Positions 21,001 to 32,209 of a stretch of 64,000 nucleotides of DNA are shown one piece after another (position 1 is the stretch's first letter; the number at the start of each line of letters is the position of its first letter). The notes under the pieces were generated by a model, which saw nothing but the letters and a program-made list of their open reading frames with translations, was not told where the DNA came from and made no database searches. This DNA is from an uncultured Verrucomicrobiae bacterium. Lineage in GTDB: Bacteria; Verrucomicrobiota; Verrucomicrobiia; Chthoniobacterales; Chthoniobacteraceae. The translations under genes and the position numbers were made by a program. Location of the stretch: NCBI GenBank assembly GCA_963836755.1, contig CAWIKF010000002.1, positions 384,001-448,000 of the forward strand, written 5' to 3'.

Positions 21001-23605
21001 CGCCGGAGTTGCGCGCGAACCTGAAGTTCATCGCTGCGCTCGCAGCCACCGGCGGTCCGGCGAATCTCCGCTACGGCGCAGAACTCAAGCTCGTCTGGCA
21101 CCGCGGCGATGAGCCGCTGTGCGAATTGCGCGATCTCGATTTCGCACGCGACGGCGACCATCTCCTCGTCAGCCGCGTCCTCGCACCGCCGGATGTGAGC
21201 GGTTACGCGGATGTGCTCGCCACCTATCTGCGCTTCCACCGCGACCTGCGGTCGTGCGGGCGAGGGAGCAGCGGCAGGGCGCCTTCACGATCTACGAGGA
21301 GCATCGCGACAAAATCCTGCGCGTCTTTCGCCAGCAACTCCTGGAGCGAGTCGGTTATCGCGTCGAGCACGTGCTGCGCGAGCTGCTGCAAAACGCGGAA
21401 AGCGCCTACGCAAGCCAGCGCGAGCCGAAGCCGGCGCAGCGCCCGTTTCTCGTCACCGTCGCTCCAGGCGCTTCCGAAAACATGCGGCGGGTCGAGGTCG
21501 CTCATGACGGGCGCGCGTTCAACGCGATGGACAAGGACGGTCGCGAACGCGACGACACTCACCGCATCGTGAGCCTCGGAGGTGATCGGCAACAAGCGGT
21601 CGAGGAACTGGGACGCTTCAATCGCGGTTTCAAATTCGTTTTCAACGTCACGCGGCGGGTGCAGGTGCGCAGCGGCGCCTATGATTTTTCGATTGTCGAT
21701 CTGCTAATCCTCGCGCCGCCGAATCCGATGCCGCGCGACGGGGCGTTTTCGGCGCGGACGACGTTCGCGTGGGAATGTGCGCTCGCACAGGCCGAAGAGC
21801 TCCTGAGATGGAATGGCAATCGGCCGGTGATCGCGCGCGTTGGCGCGTTTTCTCAGCGGCGCTCGTCTTCTTGCGCGAAGTCACGCAGGTCGTCATCCGC
21901 TACCGCGAGAAAACGTGGAACTGGGCGATCGACCGAAAGGTGGAAGCCGATGGCTGGACACGCGTGCGCGTGGTGAGCGTCGAGGCTGGTGAACAGACGT
22001 TTCGCGTGCTGGCTGCGACTTCGCAACAGCGCTGGGCTGGCGGCGCGCGCCGGCTGGCCGTCGGCTTTGAACTCGATGCGCATGGCCGGCCAAACGCCCC
22101 GCTGCCGCTCCGCTCTATTTGTTTTTCCGAACGGAAACGACAGGGCTGTGCGGGCTGTGGTTCAATGGCGATTTCGACGTGGCCGAAGATCGGCTCGCGG
22201 TGCGTGACAACAGCAAGAACGCGGCACTGATCAAGGAAGCTCTGGCCCTCGCTATCGCGGAAGCGCAGCGGCAGATCGCGGCGCAGCCCGAGGCCGCGAT
22301 GTGGCTGGCGTGGGCGCGCGTGCTCGCGCCGCAGGATGGCCGAGAATGGGTGCGCGCGCGCCTGCACGAGGACACGGCAAATTTGCGTGCCGGCTTCGAC
22401 GCGGCGGCGGCGATGCTGACGGCGGCCATCCCGCACGAGGGACGGCTACGGCGCGCGGAGCAACTGCGGCAGCCGACGAATTTCCTGCGGCGAGTGGCCG
22501 GGAGATTTGCCGCGGCGTGGGAAATCGACGGCTCGGATTGGATCGAACCGGAGATCGGCGCGGAGCTCGACCGATTCGCGGAGCGCTCCGGAAAATTTTG
22601 GCTCGACGACCACATCAAAGAGCACGGTGCGCGGCACGACTTGCTGCGCCGCATCCGCATACGCTCCTCCGCCGGTTTTCCGCAGCGAATTTGTCCGCTC
22701 GGCGATTGAGCAGCAGGAGCACGATCGAGCGCTCAACGCGATCGCCCGCTTTCTTCCCCGCGACCTTGAGCCGGAGCCTGAACCGGCATCGCTTGAACTC
22801 GCCGACCTCCTCGAGTGGTGGGAAGACAAGCGCGATCTCGCGCCTTACACCCTCGATGGGGACTGGTGGCCACTGCTTTTCCCCGGCGCGGAGACGCCAG
22901 ACCGCGCGACCTTCTTCGCGACGTGCTGACTCGGACCGGCGACGACGATGGCCGGCTCGCCTGGTATCAAGTGCTCAGCGTGCCGTGTCTGCTCGCAATT
23001 CCGCGGCCGGTGCAGCGGACGCGCCCGTTCTGGCAGCAAGAGTTGGGGGCGCGAGAATTCTGGAGGCGCACGGCGGCGGAAGGGTTCGGCGCATGGACCG
23101 ATCAGCTCTTCGCGGAGCTGATCGCGCGGCCTTTCGATGATCCCCGGGCCAGCGGCGAAGACGCCGAATCGGGCGGCGCGTCTTTGATGACGTGCGAAAT
23201 CTGCACGCTGGTTTTCGAAAACGATTTCGCGGGCGCGTTGGTCGACGCGGCGGTGCGCGGCATCGGGCTCGCCGATTTTCTGCACAACGGCAACCGCCCT
23301 GATCTGATGCGGTTGACCGTGTCGGTCAAAGCGCCATTGCGCCCGACTTCTTCTGCGGGAAATGCCCGGCTGGGAATTTCCTCGCGGGCGACATGCATCC
23401 ACCTTCGCTCTTCGTATGCCGGCCGGTGCGCCTCGCCGCGGCAGATTATGGCCTGATCACGCCCGAGCAGGCGGAGCGTTACGACTTCGCCGCGCTCCAG
23501 GAAACCGACGAGCAGATCCGCGCTGCGCTCGCCCGTGACCCTGCGGGACGCGAGCTCCTGCGCGATTACGACATCCCCCTGCTGCACTGGAGGCTGACGC
23601 ATTGA
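18036..23605 (+). pseudogene. Large (~1850 aa) protein with two sacsin-like GHKL ATPase domains, multiply frameshifted
   Basis: Domain 1: FLAELAQNANDA, ANDG, IGRFGIGFKS, RGTVF. Domain 2: VLRELLQNAESA, HDG, LGRFNRGFK, RTTF. Protein-like text hops across ORFs 18036, 21119, 21769, 22119, 22507, 22815 and 23393. Confidence 0.8.
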
Positions 23606-26347
23606 GCCTGCCCGTTGCCGGTCAACGTGTGATCCTTCGCCCGCGGCCGGAACTTGGCTTCGGGCGTGTTCGTTTGATTGAGGAGGACGCTTTCGGCGAG
23701 ACCCGGTGCCAGGTCGAGTTCGAGCATCGAGACGGGTATCTCGCAGTGCCACCGGCGGAGCTCGAGATCGTGCCGTGGCCGTGGGAGGAGTTCGCGGCGG
23801 GAGCACTCGGCGTCATCGAAGTTTTCCGCCGCAAGCTACTAGCGGGCGTGGTAGTGGGAGAAAATAATCGCACGGGCGCATTCCTGCGTGCGGCCACTCA
23901 GCCGCTACCGCACCAGGCCTTCCTGCTCGACAAGCTGCTCTCGGGAAATCGCTTCGGGCATGTGCTCGCGGATGACGTGGGCCTCGGCAAGACGGTTGAA
24001 GCCGGGCTGATTATCATGAGTCTTTTGCAGCAGGAGGCGGAGGCGCGCGTCCTCGTGGTTTAGTCCGGCCGGTCTGACGCTGCAATGGCAGGATGAAATG
24101 GACGAACATTTCCAGCTCGTGTTTGCCATCCTGGGCCGCGACTTCAATCCTAGCACCGCCGCGGGCTGGCGCGGTCGGCAGCTCATTATTGCACCCCTCG
24201 ATACGGCCAAGCGCGAGGATCACGCGGCCACCCTTCATGCCGTCGGCCCATTCCACCTCGTCATTTGCGACGAGGCGCACCGGCTTTCCGCGCGACGCGA
24301 ATTCCTCTCCGGGGAGTTGCGGACGACCGCGAACTATCGGCTCTTTCGCGAACTCGTCGAAGACGGACGATCGACTACGTCACGGGCGGCGACGGCGCAA
24401 CCCGCTCGCCGCGGCTGCTCCTGCTCTCCGCGACACCGCACCAGGGCGACGACTTGCGCATCGGCTATTTGCGAAGCTCGTGCGCCCGGATCTCTGCACA
24501 CACGACGACGACGAAGTGACAGCGGATTTCACGTCCGAGAACCTGCGCGAGGCGATCACGCGCACCGCGAAGTCGCGCGCGACGGATTGGCAGGGGCGAC
24601 CGCTTTTCAAAGGCCACGTCGCGGAGACGCACGAGGTGGATTGGACGGAGGAAGAGCGCGAGGTAGCGCGGGAGCTCACGCGTTACATCCAACAGAGCCT
24701 GCTCGTCGCGGAGAATGCGGGAGCCGCGCGCCACTCATCATCGAACTGGTGATGCACACATTTCACAAGATCGCCGCGTCGAGCTGGCACGCGCTCGAGG
24801 AGGCACTCGATCGGCGGCAGGCCGCGCTCCTCGGGGCGGTCGTCGCGCCCTTGGGCGACGACGATCCCGAGACCGATGAAGACGAAACGACGCGCGGCCT
24901 GGCGCAGCCGGAATGGTTTGCGGGCGAACAGCAAATGATCGGCGCGCTGCTTGAGCGCGTGCGCGATCTCGAAAACGACAGCAAATGGGACGCATGCGCG
25001 GACCTGTTGCGCGCGATCGAGGCCGCTGAGCCATGTGCGAAGGTGCTTTTTTTCACGCAATACCGGGCAACACAAAGCGCCCTGATCGAGCGCCTCGCAG
25101 AGATCTTCCCCGATGCGGGCGTGACCGAGATCCATGGCGGCCTCTCGCTTGATGAGCGGCGTGAGGCGCGGCGAAGCTTCGAAGGCCCGGCGCGATTTCT
25201 CGTCTCGACCGAGGCGGGCGGCGAGGGCGTGAACCTGCACCGGGCTTGTCACGTCGATGATCAATTATGATCTACCGTGGAATCCGATGCGGCTGCAGCA
25301 GCGCATCGGCCGTCTCGATCGGTATGGCCAGCAGGCATTAGTGCAGGTGTTCAATCTCCGCGTGCCCGATTCGTGGGACGCGCGCATTTCCATCCGCATC
25401 CACGAGCGGCTCGCCGTTGTGCAAGCGACCATGGGGCCAATCGCCGGCGGGCTGGAGGACTACCACGAGATGATCCTCGGGAACGTCGCCAGCCATGTCG
25501 ATGCGCCGCGCATTTTCGCCGAGTGGCGTCGCGATCCGCGCGCCGCTGTGTCCGACGCGCAGATTGATGATTGGGTGAGGGAAGCGGTCGCATCGGCTCG
25601 CCGATGGGAGCAGCTTTTCAGCCGCGATCTCGGTCTCGGCGCACTGCCGGCGCAGGCGCAGGTGGAAGGCGCGGTCTTCCGCGCCGCTTACGACGCGTGC
25701 CTCGGCGCGCATGGCCTGCGGCTCTCCGACACGCGCACCTCGGCGCAGCAGATCATTCCTGGCGTTTTTCATTTTCCGCTGCCGGCGGAAGTTTCGCGGG
25801 CGGGAATTGCGCGCCTCGCGTGAAGTTTACGTCGTCTTCGACAAGGAGCGATTCGCGGAAGTCCGTGGCGAGGTGCTTGGCCGCGCCCGCGGGCAGGAAA
25901 TCAAACCGGGACTGGCGGGCTTTGGTGAGCCGGTCACCGATTGGCTTTTCCAAAGTGCCTTCGTGCCGCGCCGCGGCGAGAGCGCGTTTGCCATTCGCGC
26001 TGGGGAGGGAATGGACGCACGGCCAAGGCTGGCTCTTTGTCGCGACGCTGCGCTGGCTTGGAGCGGCTCGGCGTCTTCGCGCGCCTGACAGCCTCGCTGC
26101 TTGTTTCATCGCGGACGCGGGCGAACCGCGGCTGCTTTCCGCTACGGAGCTCGCGTCCTTGGCCAAAGGCGCGACGCCATCTTCCGCGGGGGCGGCGTCG
26201 AATGACGCGCCGCACGATGTTGCCCGCCCACTGGTGCAATCGCACCTGCGCGCTCTCGCCGAGCAGCGTGGTGCGCACGCCCGCGCGAACGCCGGTTGGA
26301 ACTGGACGCTATTCGCTCGCGTCGGCGTTGGCGGAGGCTCGACGTAA
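23602..26347 (+). pseudogene. SNF2/RapA-like SF2 helicase, multiply frameshifted
   Basis: LADDVGLGKT, ICDEAH, LLLSATPHQG, VLFFTQY, STEAGGEGVNL, PWNPMRLQQRIGRLDRYGQ spread over about 7 frame changes. Start overlaps the upstream stop. Confidence 0.9.
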
Positions 26348-26380
26348 GGCTTCGCGAAACCATCTTCACGCACAAACTCT

Positions 26381-29362
26381 ATGAAAACCACACTCCCCTT
26401 CCGCCATCTCTCGATCCGCGTCCCGTGGCACGATGCGGGTTGGGACGGGACGGTGTGCCAGAGGCCGCTGAGTAACAACGCGTGCCTGTGTTTGAAAGGC
26501 ATCAGCGAAAGCCGCGACGATCCGTGGGAGGCGGCGCATGCGGGCGAGGCGATGGCCGACTTGCCGGACAAAGTGCCGCCCTGCCTGCGCGAGCGGGCGG
26601 GCTTCATGTCGGGCCGGCCGGTCACGCTCTCGCTCACACACAAGCTCGGGCACGACGAGGACTACGAGCACATCCAACCGACGCCGCTCGAGATGCCGGC
26701 GTGGTCCGCGCCCGGCGTGCCTTTCAACTGGCTGAACCGCGCTGGCGCCGCCGCGCGCGAGGAGCGGCTGGCGATCGGCTACGATACCGGCCGCGAGCCG
26801 ATGGACCGCTGGAAAGCCACGGGCACGTGGGTTCTGCATCCGGAGAATCAGCGCGCGTGCCTCGAGTCGTTTTGGAGCGCGATCGTGCCGGGGCGCTCGC
26901 TCGTCTTTTTCTACGCAAAGGCGATTCCCGGCGTGGAGGACAACCGCCGCGTGCTCGTCGGCGTGGCACGGGTGAGCGAGCTGAAGCCGCTGCGCGAATA
27001 CATCAAGGGCGACCCCGCGGGCGTCGGTGCGTGGATGTGGGAGCGGCCGGTGCTCCACACGTTGCGCACCGATTTTCGCGACGGATTTTTGCTGCCGTAT
27101 CAGGCCCTGCTCGCGGCGATCGACGTCGGGCAGCCGCTGCATCTGCCGGAATTCGTGGCCTTCGCGCCGGAGGAGCATCGGATGGAATTCAGCTACGCCA
27201 CGGAGCACGTCACCGGCGACGCGGCGCTCGGCGCGCTGGAGGAAATGCGGCGCGCGCTAATGCGGTGCTCAGAGGTGGTGCCCGGGCCTTGGGAACGCGT
27301 GCAGGCGTGGATCAACGACCGAATCATCGAGGTGCGCCGGCAGCGCGGAGCCTGCCCGGGGCTCGGGGCGGCGCTCACCGCCTTCGGGCTGCCGCTCGGC
27401 GAGATCGTGGCCGCGGCGCTCACCGCGGAGCTGCGTGACGACGAAGATCCGTGGGCGCGCGTGGAGGCCGCCTTCGCCGACCCGAAGAAACTCCCGGCGC
27501 CGCTGCGCTCGCAGATCACCGTGTCCTTGAAAGGAAAGTGGAAGGTGCTGACGAAGCCGCGGCGCGCGTGGCTACGCCTGCTCTCTCGCCTGGCGCTCAC
27601 CGCGGATCAGGCGGGCATGCTGTGGGACGAGGCGGAGCGCATTTTCACGCCGATCCGCGCCCGCGAGAGCGAGCTGCTCGCTAACCCGTATCTTATCTGC
27701 GAGCAGTGGTCGCAGCCGGCGGTCAAGGAGGAGGTGTTGGAGGATGAGGAGGGCAAGGAAACCGAAAGCATCACGGTCGTTCCGGCGCCGGGATTTTGGA
27801 CGGTGGATCGCGCGGTCTATCTGCCGGCGGCGCTGGCGGCGCATCATCCGCTGCCTGGGCCGGAACCGGCTTGGGAGCGGGACGATGCGCGCCGCGTGCG
27901 CGCCTTGCTCGGGCACGTTCTGCGCGCGGGCGAGCGCGAAGGCCATGCGGCCCTGCCCTTGCCGCTGCTTGTGGAGCGAGCCGCCGCCCTCGGGCTCGAG
28001 CCGCCGCTCGGCGTCGATGCGGGGCTCATCGCGGCGCTGCGGGAGACGTGGGACGCGGCCGCGGAAGAGGACGATGCGCCCGAGGCGGAGCTCGTTTTTC
28101 ACCAGCTCGCCGAGGGCGAAATCATGGTCCAGACCCGCGCGCGCGAGGAGGTCACGCGCATGATTCGCGGCCTGACGCGGCGCGTCCGGAAAATGAAGCG
28201 GCTCACGGTTGCGTCCAATTGGCCCGCGCGGCTGCGGGACAACCTGCCGCCCGACGATGGCACGGCGCGCGAACGCAAAGCGCGCGAGGAAAAAGCCGCG
28301 GCTCTCGCAGAGCTCGCGGCGTCGCCGTTCGCAGTGCTCGTCGGACCAGCCGGGACAGGAAAGCCACGCATTCTGCGGACGCTGATCAATGAACCGTCGG
28401 TGCAGCAGGGCGGCGTGCTGCTGCTCGCGCCGACGGGCAAGGCGCGCGTGCGCTTGCAAACGCCGACGGCGTATCCGGCGAAAACGGTCGCGCAATTCCT
28501 AATGCGGCTGCATCGCTACAATACGGCGACGGCCGCTTATTTCATGAACCCGGACGAGAAGGGCGCGACTCAGCTCAAGACGGTGATCGTGGATGAGGCG
28601 TCGATGCTCACCGAGGACCAGCTCGCAGCGCTGCTCGATGCGGTGCGCGCAGCCGAGCGGGTCGTGCTCGTCGGCGATCCGGGGCAACTACCGCCCATCG
28701 GCGCGGGGAAGCCGTTCGTCGATCTCGTGGAAGCGCTACGGCCGGCCGAGGCCTGCTGGCCGCGGGTTGCGCAGGGTTATGCGGAGCTCACGCAGCGCAT
28801 GCGGCAGGATCAGCGCGACGAGCGCGTGCCGCTCGACGTGCAACTGGCTCCGCCTCAGCCACTGCGCAACGGTTTACGACGGTCAATTTGGACGAACCGG
28901 AGTAGCGCGGCGCCCGCATCCGGTCAAAGTGAAAGACGCCGCCAGCGGACGCGAAGGTTGGTATGAGCAATACCTGATTCATCGGACGCGCGCTGGGACA
29001 CTCGTCAGCTCAAAAGCGGAGGTGGTGGTAGCCAACGAGCTTGATTACGCCCGCGAGAAACGGTGGCTGACCTATGGATACGAAGAGCGCCTCCCGCGGC
29101 CGACGGATCTAGCCGCCTTCCGGACTTCACCATTCGTGACGAGATAGGCCGCACCTTTTACTGGGAGCACTGCGGCATGCCTGACGATCCCGGGTACGCG
29201 GAACGTTGGCAGGAAAAGCTCGCCTGGTATGCCCGGCAGGGTATCGAGCAATGGCATGAGACCGAACGGCCTGACGGACAGTTGATCGTGACGCAGGATG
29301 CCGGAGGCCGATTGGACGCTTCGCGAGTGAAGGAGATTATTCGGACAATTTTTTCCGGATAG
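26381..29362 (+). pseudogene. RecD-like SF1 helicase with C-terminal PD-(D/E)XK-type nuclease, internally deleted and frameshifted
   Basis: HLSIRVPWHD N-terminus, GPAGTGK, LLAPTGKA, VIVDEASM, LVGDPGQLPPIG, then LIHRT..VSSKAE, PDFTI..YWEHCGM..Y..RW..K..WY. No AxTVHKxQG motif in any frame seen. Confidence 0.85.
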
Positions 29363-29407
29363 GGTGGGTGGCCTAAGTGAAATGCGGTTGACGCTCCCAA
29401 GACTTGT

Positions 29408-30805
29408 TTGTGGGTTTTGGGAATGGAGTTCGAATCTGTGCTGAAAACGGCAAATGGCCTACTCGATCTCGGATTGTTCGAGGAAGCAGCGAAGGAGTTG
29501 ACGAGGGTGCCTGAAGAAGAGAAAGCACGGCCGGCTTTTCTCCGGGCGTTGCTGCGCGTTCAGCTCGCGCTTGGACACTCTAAAGCTGCAGCCGAGACCG
29601 CAGCGCAACTCCGCTGCAGGGACAAATACTTGCTATATGGAGCACTCGATATCTCCATAGCACTGAGTTTTGCCGGAAGGCTTATAGAGGCACGGTCGGT
29701 AATGGAGGCATTTGCACAATTCAAGATGGGTTATCCTTCGGAGGCTTATCATATGGCCTGTCTGGAATCGCGTCTCGGAAAATTTGAAGCTGCGACGCGC
29801 TGGCTTCATCTGACTTTGCAGCAATCCGAGGTTTACTGCACCAAAGCGCCCTTCGACTCCGATCTTATTCCACTGTGGAAATCTGTCAGGAGTGAGCCGC
29901 TTACATTGGAACAAGCACACCTGCTGCTCGATCCCTGCTTTGACGTTCTACTCGGGAAGAGTGCTGGCGATCTAGCACAGAAAAGTCAAATCGACTCCAA
30001 CGATTTGCGGGCTTTTCCGGAGAGTTGGAAGCGACTCTTTCGGTTCGACCCGACGAAGGGACTTTTTACAATTCATGCTTTGACGGCGACTCAGTTCCCC
30101 TTTCAACGAGATGCTTGTCTCGCTTGGTTTCGCAAGCGCGCGGAAATTTTCCTTCGCAATCTGCAAATTGGCCGCGAACGGGCGTTGACTGTCGTGTTGG
30201 CAGCACAATGCGAATATGCACTCAAGTATTTGCAAATCGGCAACTATTTCGCCGCGCGATGTCATCTGTTATGGGCTCTGGCCAAGAAGCCGGAGTTTCT
30301 CTCAGAATACCGCTGCCACAAGGATTTGCACGCAATGCGCTTTCTCCTCGACGAAATTCATTGGGCCAATGGCATTGATCCGCAATGGAGTCATTTTCTC
30401 GTTCGAGCATGTTTTCCTAGCGCAGAGATGAATGTGCCGGAGCTTCTTGAGGATGTGCCGGTCGCGCTACGAAACACTTCCCTATACTTGTTGCAAATCG
30501 GTTCTGTCGCTCAGGAGAACGGAGATTATGTCCCAGCCGTTCAAAGCTGGATAAAGCTGTCCGCGAATTGGGCGAAAGATATCGTGGGATATGCAAATGG
30601 TGTGACCTGTTTGCTGCACATGCGGATGTGGGACCGGGCTAGAACCCTTCTGTGTCTTGCGCCACGAGCATATCGATCTTTCCACCTCTGCCGCTCACAA
30701 TGCCGTCAATTGCGGCTGCGCAATATTGAGGCCGACGCGCCCCCAGCTACTTTGCCATTGCATTGGCAACCCGAAGTGGGACGAATCGCGAAGGGGTATT
30801 CCTGA
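29408..30805 (+). CDS. TPR-repeat protein
   Basis: LKTANGLLDLGLFEEAAKEL and YHMACLESRLG...FDSDLIPLW resemble the 16019-16510 protein. Likely start is the ATG at 29423. Confidence 0.75.
   Translation: MWVLGMEFESVLKTANGLLDLGLFEEAAKELTRVPEEEKARPAFLRALLRVQLALGHSKAAAETAAQLRCRDKYLLYGALDISIALSFAGRLIEARSVMEAFAQFKMGYPSEAYHMACLESRLGKFEAATRWLHLTLQQSEVYCTKAPFDSDLIPLWKSVRSEPLTLEQAHLLLDPCFDVLLGKSAGDLAQKSQIDSNDLRAFPESWKRLFRFDPTKGLFTIHALTATQFPFQRDACLAWFRKRAEIFLRNLQIGRERALTVVLAAQCEYALKYLQIGNYFAARCHLLWALAKKPEFLSEYRCHKDLHAMRFLLDEIHWANGIDPQWSHFLVRACFPSAEMNVPELLEDVPVALRNTSLYLLQIGSVAQENGDYVPAVQSWIKLSANWAKDIVGYANGVTCLLHMRMWDRARTLLCLAPRAYRSFHLCRSQCRQLRLRNIEADAPPATLPLHWQPEVGRIAKGYS
30642..30764 (+). repeat. 123-bp direct repeat, copy 2
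   Basis: 119/123 identical to 2963-3085. Confidence 0.95.
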
Positions 30806-30857
30806 AACGTTAACCCGACGAGGATAGAGATGGTTGCATGATCTTGCTTAATGCCTC

Positions 30858-31439
30858 TCATCTCCCCGCGCGAATGAGCGCGAGCAGTTCGCCGAGCAAA
30901 TTGTCGGCATTAACCGGCACTTCTCCCGCTTTCAGTTCACCCGCGAGTTTAGCGTCGAGCTCGATCGCTTTCAGTTTGTCGGGCATTTTAATAGTAATGG
31001 TTTCGAAGCCGTTCTCGCCGTCTCTCTTCGCTGCCCACACCTGGCAAAGTCGGCTATTTTGATCTACTTCTCCAATCGGAGTGGTCACCACCGAGCGCAA
31101 GTAGGCGCGCTTCTCTTGTAGCGTTAGCCTCGTAGAGGCATTTTCCGATTCCCTGAGCGCCTCGAGTTGCTTTTTGACGTTAACATTAGTCAACAAACGC
31201 GACCCCGCGGATTTCGCCGTCGTTCGATCCGGACATTGATAAGCTTCCGCATAGGCCTCGGTAGCGGTTTTGCCCAGCACATAAAGTCGACAAAAAACGC
31301 TTTGACGACCGTTCAGTGAAGGGGTTCTGTCCGCATCGCATTCGGCCGCTTTTTTAATTGAACGCAGAAGCCTACGTCCCGGTGGCTTACCGATTTTCTC
31401 GGAAGGTGACGGGTCGTGATCATGATCGTTTACTTCCAT
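30858..31439 (-). CDS. terS: Terminase small subunit
   Basis: LNGRQSVFCRLY...TATEAYAEAY...AKSAGSRLLTNVNVKKQL HTH and IKMPDKLKAIEL C-terminal motif. Start uncertain (31439 or 31478). Confidence 0.8.
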   Translation of the reverse strand: MEVNDHDHDPSPSEKIGKPPGRRLLRSIKKAAECDADRTPSLNGRQSVFCRLYVLGKTATEAYAEAYQCPDRTTAKSAGSRLLTNVNVKKQLEALRESENASTRLTLQEKRAYLRSVVTTPIGEVDQNSRLCQVWAAKRDGENGFETITIKMPDKLKAIELDAKLAGELKAGEVPVNADNLLGELLALIRAGR

Positions 31440-31505
31440 GGACCCGATGGCTGCTATCGCCACAGCCGTAAAGGGCAATTCTTTTTTTTGACAAATGTTC
31501 GGCCC

Positions 31506-31587
31506 GCGAGGGGACGCAACTCGTTCAAAAAGCGGTCGGTTTTTGAACAGCGTTGTTTTCCTCGCAAAAGGAGGGGAGTTTTTGAAC
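31506..31587. repeat. Long imperfect inverted repeat upstream of terS
   Basis: GCGAGG..CAAC..GTTCAAAAA-gcggtcgg-TTTTTGAAC..GTTG..CCTCGC, plus a third GTTTTTGAAC at 31578-31587. Confidence 0.7.
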
Positions 31588-31767
31588 GGATGATGTGAGA
31601 AGCAGTCCCGTAAAAAAACTCACGTTAATTAGCTCCTCCTTAATTCGATCCCTGGGCGATTCCGGGTCCAGCGAAGTGCAGTTACCTATTGGGCTGATAC
31701 TCGAATCTGCTTGTTCTCGTTCCAGGTTCATTTTACGGTATTGAGTCTTCAAGAATTTGCGGGCGCT

Positions 31768-32082
31768 GCAGCTGGAACACGCGAAGGAAGTGGTCGAGGC
31801 GGAGAAGCAGGTCGATCCTGTGGAGGAACGGAACCGGGCCAAGGAAGCCCTGACGGAGTTATTCAACGAAGCCAAAGGCAAGAACACCCACATCATCGTC
31901 GAGCGCATCGTGGCGGACATCGACGACATCGTGAAAAGGTGCGGTTCCCCGACTGGCAGCACACGACCCAGGGCGAACGTCTCGTGCAAAAAGAACTCCG
32001 TCGCACCCTGCTCAAATACAAGCTTCACACCGACCAGGAGCTGTTCGATAAGGCTTACGGCTACATCCGGCAATATTATTGA
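31768..32082 (+). pseudogene. hsdR: Type I restriction enzyme R subunit, C-terminal fragment
   Basis: AKEALTELF...IVERIVADIDDIVK/VRFPDWQHTTQGERLVQKELRRTLLKYKLHTDQELFDKAYGYIRQYY*, frameshift near 31937. Confidence 0.75.
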
Positions 32083-32209
32083 GGCCTCCGAGGGCTCGCT
32101 TCCGTCGCGGTAAATCGCGTCGAGCAGACTGGCTGCATTTCGGTCAGCCCCCCGGATTCCACGTGACCCAGACGTGCCGATATCTCCCGTGTAGAAAGGG
32201 GTCATATTG

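Noticed and set aside
21200..26100. Programmed ribosomal frameshifting
   Set aside because: Too many shifts, and no consistent slippery heptamers seen.
18036..29362. Assignment to BREX, DISARM or Zorya
   Set aside because: No methyltransferase, PglZ, DUF1998 or MotAB-like genes recognisable.
2963..30764. 123-bp repeat pair as a diversity-generating retroelement TR/VR
   Set aside because: Mismatches (G/T, A/C, A/G, T/C) are not adenine-specific on either strand, and no reverse transcriptase is in the window.
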